Below, one piece after another: positions 16,261 through 23,390 of a stretch of 23,390 bases of DNA. Source of the stretch: Candidatus Brocadiia bacterium (GTDB lineage Bacteria; Planctomycetota; Brocadiia; CAIUPP01). Position 1 is the first letter of the stretch. Every line of letters starts with the position of its first letter. The translations under genes and the position numbers were made by a program. The notes beneath the pieces were generated by a model, which searched no databases, was not told the origin of the DNA, and saw nothing but the letters and a program-made list of their open reading frames with translations. The DNA lies in contig JBEKCB010000048.1 in assembly GCA_050015075.1 (NCBI GenBank), forward strand, positions 1 to 23,390, in the 5' to 3' direction.

Positions 16261-17674
16261 ACGAAGCGCACGCTACTCCCGTCCTGCCGCCCTTGGCTCG
16301 AAGCCTCTGCTGGAATTCCTCCTCATTCCCCACCATCGGGTACTTCGGATCGTAAACGTTCTCAGCGGTGTGCGCGTTCGCCCACCAGGTCGAGACGCGC
16401 GCCGCCTGAAAGAAGCCGTCGACAATCGCGGGCGCGACATGATCCGTGGCGTACCGCCTGCGCAATTCATGGGCGACCTTCTCAAGATATCCTGCGTCGT
16501 CGGCATTCCGGAACTGCCGGTAGTGCATGGCGACGTCCTGCATAGAGAAGTTCGGCGGCCCGGGCGCGTTGGTCAGCGGGCCAATGAGGTCCCAGCCGGC
16601 ATTCAGCGCGCGCTGGACGCCATCGAACCAGCCGGACGTGAACAGAATGTCACTATTGGCGGCCACGGCATACTCGGCGCCGAACTCCCGCGCCTTGCGA
16701 AGTCCCCAGTTCCATGAACGCGTCAGACCGCCGCGATCGGCGAAGTGGTGAACGAAAATTCGTCCTTGCATTCCTTTGTCAATCCATCGCTCCCAATCGT
16801 CGGGGTTCCACCCCGGACTCGCATCGTCAACTAGAATCGCTGTTCCGTCCTTGGTACGCTCCAGGAACGTCGAAATCGCTTTCCTCGCATAATCGAACGC
16901 GCCGTACGTTGGGATTATTGCCGCTACGCGGATGGAGTCACTCTCCGTAGGCCGCGCACTAACTGAACCGTTGCCGGCGCCTGAGTCATAGATCGGCCAA
17001 CCCGGACAGGTCAGCTCGCCTATGTGCTTGAAGACGAGCATGTCTGGGGACTTGATCGCCAGATACTTTCCGGCCAAGCGCTGCGAGTAGCTCACCTCCG
17101 CCCACTTCCGGCGCAATGGATTGTCTTCGGAAAGGGGACCGACGTCTTGGAATGCTTCCGTGCGACAGAGAGACGGCGTGAACGTGAACGATCCCCATGG
17201 CACGCTCGGGTTGAGGACGAAGAAGTTGACCTTCCCTCCTGACGCGATAAAGGGACCGTCGCAGCGCAGCTTGTCCGCAAAGTCTAGTGGAGGCGCCGCG
17301 TCCAGACGCACTTGCGCCAATCGAGGGTCTGTCTGCAAGATGATGGCCGACTCGCGAAGGAACTGGGTACCCGCAGCATTGCCGAGTTCCCAGTCGTCAG
17401 GAAGAAGAAGGAAGTAGTCGCTTCTCACGAGCGACAGGAGACGGTTCAGCCCGGGACCGACGCCCACATTGTGCTTCGAGAGAACAAGCACGTCCCAGTT
17501 CAGGCCCTTGATCTCCTCTCGGTCTTTGCCTGACGATGCGTTATCGAGGCAGAACCACGAAACACTTGCATCGCGTTCGTACCTCTCGATATGCGCGCGA
17601 AGGGACGTGACGGCGCGCTCCAGGTAGGCTGGCCTCCGGCAACTGAGCGCGACGACTGAAAGGTTCAGTCTCAT
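16214..17674 (-). CDS. Tandem two-domain GT-A (GT2-like) glycosyltransferase
   Basis: Domain 1: LSVV..SC.R..YL, DNAS, N.G...GLN, PDDW. Domain 2: AAIIPTY, LVDDAS, G.TRSWN.G, NSDI, GPLTN, FIYHY.G.T. Confidence 0.85.
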   Translation of the reverse strand: MRLNLSVVALSCRRPAYLERAVTSLRAHIERYERDASVSWFCLDNASSGKDREEIKGLNWDVLVLSKHNVGVGPGLNRLLSLVRSDYFLLLPDDWELGNAAGTQFLRESAIILQTDPRLAQVRLDAAPPLDFADKLRCDGPFIASGGKVNFFVLNPSVPWGSFTFTPSLCRTEAFQDVGPLSEDNPLRRKWAEVSYSQRLAGKYLAIKSPDMLVFKHIGELTCPGWPIYDSGAGNGSVSARPTESDSIRVAAIIPTYGAFDYARKAISTFLERTKDGTAILVDDASPGWNPDDWERWIDKGMQGRIFVHHFADRGGLTRSWNWGLRKAREFGAEYAVAANSDILFTSGWFDGVQRALNAGWDLIGPLTNAPGPPNFSMQDVAMHYRQFRNADDAGYLEKVAHELRRRYATDHVAPAIVDGFFQAARVSTWWANAHTAENVYDPKYPMVGNEEEFQQRLRAKGGRTGVACASFIYHYRGVTRSRVGA

Positions 17675-17831
17675 CTGGTCGTTCGCAGATCTGATCAGGC
17701 CATAGGGTCAACGATGGCTGCCGGCCAGTGTCGGTTCAGCCTTTCCGAATCGGGCGAGATGGTCATTGCTGCCCGCAGCCATTTACGTCTCGCCCATTTC
17801 TGCCGGCAGGGCGGTCCCTCGCGACGTCCCG

Positions 17832-18500
17832 TCAGTTGGTTGGAAAGCTCAGAGCGACCTTCAGCCGTTTCCAGCACGATCGGAAATTCCCGACGATATG
17901 CGCCACAGTCTCTGGATTGCTGCCGGTCTTGTAGAGGCGATATCCAAGCGACACGATCATCCGGCCGTTCCGGTTGCTCTTTGCGCTGCCGAAGATGCCG
18001 TGCCGTTGGCAGAGACGTTGAAGCTGCGCCGACAGAGCCTCCATATCCTCACATCGGGCGCTGATTTTCAGGACGAAATCAATGATAGGGCGCTCAGTGC
18101 GCTCAGATCCCTCACAGTGAAGAGTGACATCCGCCGGTTCGCCGATAGTCCACCCTAAGCCGAAGCTCAACGCCCAGTCCTGGCCGTTCCTGAACTCCTT
18201 CTCGGCTACTACCACACCCCCGAAACCGCGAAGCGTCTCAACGACCATCTCCTTCGTCTCGTGGCGCACTTCCTTCGCCCGAGCCTCCTCTCCGGCATCG
18301 TAGTGGAAATAGGAAATGCAGTGACCCGCGCCGAGATGTTCTCGCATGCGTCGGATGATTTGCAGGTGCAATTCGCGCGGGCCGCCTTGACCGCGTTCCC
18401 AGCGTTCCAGAGTAGGCTCGGAGATGAAAAGCTTCGGCGCAAATACGCGTCGGCTCAGGCCAAGGCTTTCACGAATTGCACGCAGTTCATTCGGAGACAT
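17832..18500 (-). CDS. XRE-family HTH protein with C-terminal alpha/beta domain
   Basis: MSPNELRAIRESLGLSRRVFA..L.IS..TLERWERG; RBS AGGTGAG. Confidence 0.8.
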   Translation of the reverse strand: MSPNELRAIRESLGLSRRVFAPKLFISEPTLERWERGQGGPRELHLQIIRRMREHLGAGHCISYFHYDAGEEARAKEVRHETKEMVVETLRGFGGVVVAEKEFRNGQDWALSFGLGWTIGEPADVTLHCEGSERTERPIIDFVLKISARCEDMEALSAQLQRLCQRHGIFGSAKSNRNGRMIVSLGYRLYKTGSNPETVAHIVGNFRSCWKRLKVALSFPTN

Positions 18501-18526
18501 GGTCTCACCTTATTCCAACGAGGGAG

Positions 18527-18555
18527 AGCTTATCAGATGATCAAAGCTGTATCAA
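18527..18555 (-). promoter_or_regulatory. Candidate sigma70 promoter for the HTH gene
   Basis: On the - strand TTGATA-N17-TAAGCT, overlapping TCAA(A)GCTG direct repeats (possible operator). Confidence 0.35.
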
Positions 18556-18566
18556 GCTGCTTCAAC

Positions 18567-18792
18567 CAGGAGTTTCCTCATGGCAGTTCAAAAGAGCGGT
18601 TTGAGGAAATCGAAGACCAACTGGCCTTTGGACCGGGGAAGTTGCGCTAGGTGCGGGCCGGCGCGCAGGGCGAAGAGCAGGTGATGAATGCCGTCGGCGA
18701 TGGCGTATTGGAAGAAGGCGGCGATTTCGTAGAAGCGCTTGGCTTTCTCGCAGATTCTCTTGAATAAGAGGTTGAGCTTGGCTTTCGCCCTG
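18567..18792 (-). mobile_element. 3' remnant of a DDE-type IS transposase with probable terminal IR
   Basis: - frame ...AKRFYEIAAFFQYAIADGI...QLVFDFLKPLF* resembles IS4-superfamily transposase C-termini (beta-clamp-like QLxF). CAGGAGTTTCC end-like sequence at 18567. Confidence 0.5.
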
Positions 18793-19323
18793 ATCGGCGT
18801 GCGCGGGCAACGGTGGATGCGGGCGTTGGACCTCGGCGTGGTCGGCAATCTCCAGCGCGACGAGTTGCTGGGGCGTCTGGAGCATTACCTCGCCGAGCAG
18901 GCGCATCTGGACGAAGCACTCGCTCAGACGGCGAACGGGTTTCCACAGATCGAGGCGCTCTCGGACATACGAGGGATTGGGGTATACACGGCGCTGCTGG
19001 TCGTGGAGGAGATCGGCGAGCCGGAGCGGTTCACTCAGCCCGGCCAGGTGGCCTCCTACGCGGGGCTGGCGGCGCTGGTGTACCAGTCGGGCGAGCATGA
19101 CTACCACGGGCACATCACGCGGCAAGGATCGCCCTGGCTTCGGTGGGTGCTCGTGCAGGCGGCGATGAAAGCCATCGGCCGAGACCGGAAACTGGCGAAT
19201 TTCTACGAGCGAGTGAGGAAGCGCTCCAGCCGGCACATCGCGCGGGTGGCGGTGGCGCGCAAGCTGGCGAAGATTTGCTGGATCCGGCTGCGGCGCTGGC
19301 ATCGGGAGCGCGCCGCGGCATAG
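18793..19323 (+). pseudogene. IS110/IS1111-family transposase, C-terminal half only
   Basis: I.GIG..TA.....EIG...RF......SYAGL....YQSG......I...G...LRW.L.QAA and A.VAVARKL motifs. The N-terminal RuvC-like DEDD domain is absent (in-frame TAG at 18730). Confidence 0.88.
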
Positions 19324-19575
19324 AGAGGGAGATTCGTGTGCCGATGGCGGCGTTCGAGGCCCGATCCTGGGGACTGGCGAGCGCCCCGCCGCGAAGGCGG
19401 GACGCATGCGCCGCGTTTATGATTGGGCTGACGCCGCGCGACGAGAATCATGCACGGTCCGAAGGCGCAACTCGGAAACGGTGCGAATGGGTGTCTGAAC
19501 GGCACACGAAAGGCGCTTTTAGAATCAACGACTTCGGCGAGGGACCGCCCTTGACTTGAAGACGGTTATGGGTGT
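19324..19575 (+). ncRNA. IS1111-type long right non-coding end; candidate bridge/seek RNA region
   Basis: About 250 nt non-coding stretch after the IS110 stop, ending with outward TTGACT (19551-19556) as in IS1111 right ends. RNA structure not verified. Confidence 0.4.
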
Positions 19576-19602
19576 CCCCCGGAACTCATATTGTGACTGT
19601 CC

Positions 19603-20034
19603 CTACTTATTTGTTCCTGCTTTGCCCGCGGGTGACGCCTTTCCTTCGCTCTTAGATGCACTCAGGTCATCAAGAAGAGCCCGTGCCAAATCTCCAACCG
19701 TCGTTCTAAAAAGAGGTGGCGAGCCGCGGTCAACAACTATCCGCGCGTATCCAAGCGTTCTGTTATCAGTCAGGTAAGAGCGCAGGTACGGCTCTGCTCG
19801 GCTGCCGTCGCGCTGGGCAAACCGCGTCAGGACGATCGCGGTATGCCAGGGACTAAGCGGCATTGCTAGCAATGCCCTTTCGCAGAAGCTCCAGGGATCA
19901 AGAAGAAGGAGCAATATGAAGCCGAGGAGGACATAAACAACGATGCGCTTCCAGGTAAGGAACTTTCTAACCGCACAATTATTGCAGCGTGATTCCGGCA
20001 TCTGGCCCGTACTCCCGCAGCCCTCAGTGCCCAA
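19603..20034 (-). CDS. Putative Rhs immunity protein (membrane-anchored); start uncertain
   Basis: Immediately downstream of the Rhs CT, lower GC, TM segment IVVYVLLGFILLLLL. Confidence 0.55.
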   Translation of the reverse strand: MGTEGCGSTGQMPESRCNNCAVRKFLTWKRIVVYVLLGFILLLLLDPWSFCERALLAMPLSPWHTAIVLTRFAQRDGSRAEPYLRSYLTDNRTLGYARIVVDRGSPPLFRTTVGDLARALLDDLSASKSEGKASPAGKAGTNK

Positions 20035-20035
20035 A

Positions 20036-23000
20036 TTAATGTCCGTTCACCCAGGCGCGATACTGTTTCCGAGTCTCTGGATTGTTCATATCCTGTGTAA
20101 CGTTATTCTCCCGTTTGCAGTCGCAGTTGCTCAAGGATGTATCTGGAATCTGGCCGGATATTGACTTGCCATTGAGGGAAAAGCGATACCCGATAGACTG
20201 ACCTTTACTCGCACGATAGTAATATATCGTGGTCGGAACAACTTTGGTTTTATCGAAATGCGCACTCTCCGTTGGGTTACTGCCCACGAGGTACAGCTGG
20301 GTCCTTATTGAACCCGCGCATGCGGCTTGGGGGTTCGTGATAAGTTCTGTCGCAACGGTCCATTGCACGATAGACTTTGCTGATGCTTTTGCGAATGCTT
20401 CCTCGGCTATCTCTTTTGACGTCTCTACCCCGTACCCTATAACTATGACTGCGACGGCTACAACGACGACGCCAACTGCAAGCTCGATCAGAGTAAACGT
20501 CCCCTCAGGATCCGTATATGACAGCGGATTCGCTAGCGCGTAAATATAACCTCCTGCAAGACCGTCTTCAGGATCCTTCTGCATAAATCTGCCTATCCCG
20601 CTGTAGTATGTCCTGGCGCGAGTAATGAATAGCCTCTCATCCGGATCATCGTTCAGCGTCACCCACGCCGGTGCGCTGAAACTGAATCGGGTCCCTTCCG
20701 GCGGCGGCTGGTTGAGGAGTTTCTCGCCCCAGGCGTTGTACTCGAAGCTTCCGCTGATGGCGCCGGCGGCGTTGACGATCCGGTGGACGTTGCCAGGTTG
20801 ATCATAGACGGGGTACTGGTAGTAGGTCGTCGTCGCGGTGTTGATCTTCGCGGCGACCATGTCGCCGATCCCTGGGACCGGCGCGGAGCCTCGGGTGTAT
20901 TCCGCGCGGACTGTTCCCGTGATGCTGCGCTCGACCAGCTGGCAGAGGCCGTCCTGGTCGTACATGAAGTACGCCGGTCCGTTGCTGTCCACGAGCGCCC
21001 GCCTGCGGTTCAGGGCGTCGTAGTAGAAGTAGTTCGAGACGCCGTTGCGGAAGGTCACCCGCGCCATCAGGTTCACGCTGTTGTAGGCGAAGTACGTGGT
21101 TTGAGAGGCCGGCGCGGCGATTTTCGTGCAGTTGCCGTTGAGGTCGTAGCTGTAGTACGTCGCGCTGCCGCCCACCGGGAAGCTCTTCCTCAGCGCGTTC
21201 GCGGCATCATAAGTGAAGTAGCTCTGCTGGCCGAGCCGGTTCTGCCAGCGCCGGTTGCCCACCGCGTCGTACGACCAGGCGAAGGCGTAGACGTTCTGCA
21301 TGCCGGCATTATACCAGTTTTCCCCCGTCAAGCGGTCCGCGCCGTCGTAGGAATAATAGATCGTCTTCCCGCCCTCGCGTCCGATCTTCACGATCCGGCT
21401 CGCCGCGTCGTAGCCGTAGTTGAAGTACGTCAGCGCCGTCCCGCCGGGCAGAATGCTCTTCTGGCTGAGCAATCGGTTTGCGGCGTCGTAGCTGAAGTAT
21501 GCCGCTGCCCCATTGCCCAGAAGAGTTTTCGTCCGCCGCGAGGCCGCGTCATAGGCATAGTACGCCGTCCCGCTTCCGGGAATGCTGCCGGCGCCGCCGT
21601 AGAAGGTGATTCCCCAGGCTTGGTTGCCATAGCCTCCCGACCCGACCGCCGTGCTCGCGGCGGCGGTCATCCGGCCCAGTGCGTCATACCGGAAATACTG
21701 CGCCGGCTCCCCGTCGCCGATGCTGAGTTTCAGCCGATTCCCCACCGCGTCGTACGAGTGCGACACGCTGTTCCCGAGCAGGCGCATCTCCTGCGTGATC
21801 CTGTTCAGGGCGTCGTAGCTGAAGTACGTCCAGCCCCACGCGTCCTTCGCTCCGGTCAGGTTCGAGACCGCGTCGTACCTGAAGTAAGCGTACGTCGTGT
21901 CGGGGTAGCTGACCTTCGTTCGCCGGTTCAGGACGTCGTATCGGTAGTACGTGCTGTTCGCCAGGGCATCCCGATGCTTGAGCAGGTTCGACGCCGCATC
22001 GTACGCGAAGTACTCCGAATCCCCCAGCGCGTCGCGTGCCGCCGTCTGCCGGTTCAGGGCATCGTACCGGTAATACGTCGTGTTCGACAGCGCGTCGCAG
22101 ACCTTCACCCGGTTGCCGACGGAGTCGTAGCCGAAGGAGGCGCTCTCGTTCAGGGGATCGGTCGTCCCGGTCAGCCGGTTCAACGCGTCGTAGGCGAAGT
22201 AGCTCGTCTCCTGGAGCGGAGTCGTTACCTTCCTGCGATTGCCCGCAGCGTCGTAACCGAAGTATGCCGTGTTCCCGAGCGGATCCGCCACCGCCACCTG
22301 CCGGTTCAAAGCGTCATACTTGAAGTAGGAGGCCTGGTTGAGCGGGTCGGTTGCCGCCGTCCGGTTGCCGGCCGGGTCGTACCGGAAATAGGTCCGTCCG
22401 CCGAGCGCGTCCGCAACGCAGCGCCGGCGGTTCAATTGATCATAGGCGTAGTAGGTCGCATTGTTCAGCGCGTCCTGGATCGCCGTGGAGTTGCCGGCCA
22501 GGTCGTACTTGAAGTACGTCCGGTTCCCCAGCGGGTCAAACTGGCGCTTGACCCGGTTCAGCCCGTCGTACTCGAAGTAGCTCGCGTTCAATCGCGCGTC
22601 GCAGGACATCGTCCGGTTGCCGACCGCGTCGTACCGGAAATACGTGTGGTTGAGCAGCGCGTCGCGCTGCGCCCGGAATCGGTCCACGACGTCGTAGAAA
22701 TAATACGTCGGATTCCCCATCCCGTCCACCGACGCCGTCCGGTTCTTGTACGGATCGTAGCGGGATTGGCTCGCGGTGACCGGGTTCCCGGAGGCGTCGG
22801 ACACCGATTGCAGGGTCATCAGCCGCAGCCCGTTGTACTCGTAGTAGGTGGTCACGTTCCGAGGGTCCACGCTCGCCAGGAGGTCGCCCCGGCTCGTGTA
22901 GTCGTAATAGGTCGCGTTCGTCAAGGCATCCACGGACTTCGTCCGCCGGTTGAGCTGGTCGTAGCCGAAGTACGCCGTGAAGCCGGCGTAGCTTCCCGTC

Positions 23001-23390
23001 TCAGTCCAGCGCGGCGAGACGCTCTTGATCTGGTTGTACGAGGAATCGTACGCGAAGTACGCGGCGTTGTTCTGCGCATCCACCGTGGACATCAGGAAGC
23101 CGCTCGTCGCGTCGTAGTTGTAATACGCCGTGTCCCCCCGTGGGTCCTGCACCTTCCGGCCGTGCCCGGAGGAATCGTAGCCGGTCTGCGTGCTGTTGCC
23201 GAGCGCGTCGGTGATGCAGGTCTGGTTCCGGTTCGCGTCGTACTGATAGTACGTGACCACGGAAAAAGATCCGGGCACGTTCCGCGGCTCGATCGTCTTC
23301 CGCACGTCCAGGCCGTTCGAGCCGTAAACGTACTGCGTCGTCGCTCCGTCAGCAGCCGTCTGCTCCTGCGTCAGCGAATTGAGCGAATTG
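20036..23390 (-). CDS. Rhs/YD-repeat polymorphic toxin, 5'-partial
   Basis: About 21-aa YD repeats (D.LGN.TY..YD..N). Rhs core R.Y....GRF.Q.DP...Y.YA..NPL.YTDPEG, then a 153-aa lower-GC CT. Frame is open to the window edge. Confidence 0.93.
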   Translation of the reverse strand, partial: NSLNSLTQEQTAADGATTQYVYGSNGLDVRKTIEPRNVPGSFSVVTYYQYDANRNQTCITDALGNSTQTGYDSSGHGRKVQDPRGDTAYYNYDATSGFLMSTVDAQNNAAYFAYDSSYNQIKSVSPRWTETGSYAGFTAYFGYDQLNRRTKSVDALTNATYYDYTSRGDLLASVDPRNVTTYYEYNGLRLMTLQSVSDASGNPVTASQSRYDPYKNRTASVDGMGNPTYYFYDVVDRFRAQRDALLNHTYFRYDAVGNRTMSCDARLNASYFEYDGLNRVKRQFDPLGNRTYFKYDLAGNSTAIQDALNNATYYAYDQLNRRRCVADALGGRTYFRYDPAGNRTAATDPLNQASYFKYDALNRQVAVADPLGNTAYFGYDAAGNRRKVTTPLQETSYFAYDALNRLTGTTDPLNESASFGYDSVGNRVKVCDALSNTTYYRYDALNRQTAARDALGDSEYFAYDAASNLLKHRDALANSTYYRYDVLNRRTKVSYPDTTYAYFRYDAVSNLTGAKDAWGWTYFSYDALNRITQEMRLLGNSVSHSYDAVGNRLKLSIGDGEPAQYFRYDALGRMTAAASTAVGSGGYGNQAWGITFYGGAGSIPGSGTAYYAYDAASRRTKTLLGNGAAAYFSYDAANRLLSQKSILPGGTALTYFNYGYDAASRIVKIGREGGKTIYYSYDGADRLTGENWYNAGMQNVYAFAWSYDAVGNRRWQNRLGQQSYFTYDAANALRKSFPVGGSATYYSYDLNGNCTKIAAPASQTTYFAYNSVNLMARVTFRNGVSNYFYYDALNRRRALVDSNGPAYFMYDQDGLCQLVERSITGTVRAEYTRGSAPVPGIGDMVAAKINTATTTYYQYPVYDQPGNVHRIVNAAGAISGSFEYNAWGEKLLNQPPPEGTRFSFSAPAWVTLNDDPDERLFITRARTYYSGIGRFMQKDPEDGLAGGYIYALANPLSYTDPEGTFTLIELAVGVVVVAVAVIVIGYGVETSKEIAEEAFAKASAKSIVQWTVATELITNPQAACAGSIRTQLYLVGSNPTESAHFDKTKVVPTTIYYYRASKGQSIGYRFSLNGKSISGQIPDTSLSNCDCKRENNVTQDMNNPETRKQYRAWVNGH

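Noticed and set aside
15770-18566. Prophage attR site or tRNA
   Set aside because: No tRNA seen, and the other prophage end is outside the window, so no att repeat can be identified.

Overview
GC-rich bacterial window. About 1-15.8 kb is the right part of a lambdoid-type (non-contractile tail) prophage late operon on the + strand. It runs: major capsid (5'-partial), DUF2190-type cement/head-fibre protein, head-tail connectors, tail tube, G/GT tail chaperones with a -1 slippery site, tape measure and tail proteins. The standout feature follows in the tail-fibre position: an unannotated 53-aa ORF, a 736-aa protein with 79 Cys spaced every 4-5 residues (SCIFF-like CQTAC/CTAxC repeats), a small ORF, an RRE-bearing radical SAM/SPASM enzyme resembling SCIFF/ranthipeptide maturases, and a GT9 glycosyltransferase. 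This suggests a phage that thioether-staples, and possibly glycosylates, its own virion fibre. Small membrane/lipoprotein (lysis-like) genes and a hairpin end the operon. Beyond it lie a decayed second GT9 copy, a tandem GT2, an XRE-HTH protein, two fused IS remnants (DDE and IS110/IS1111) and an Rhs toxin/immunity pair whose C-terminal domain starts with a mature-pilin-like FTLIEL helix. All family assignments are from motif recognition by eye; no database searches were run.
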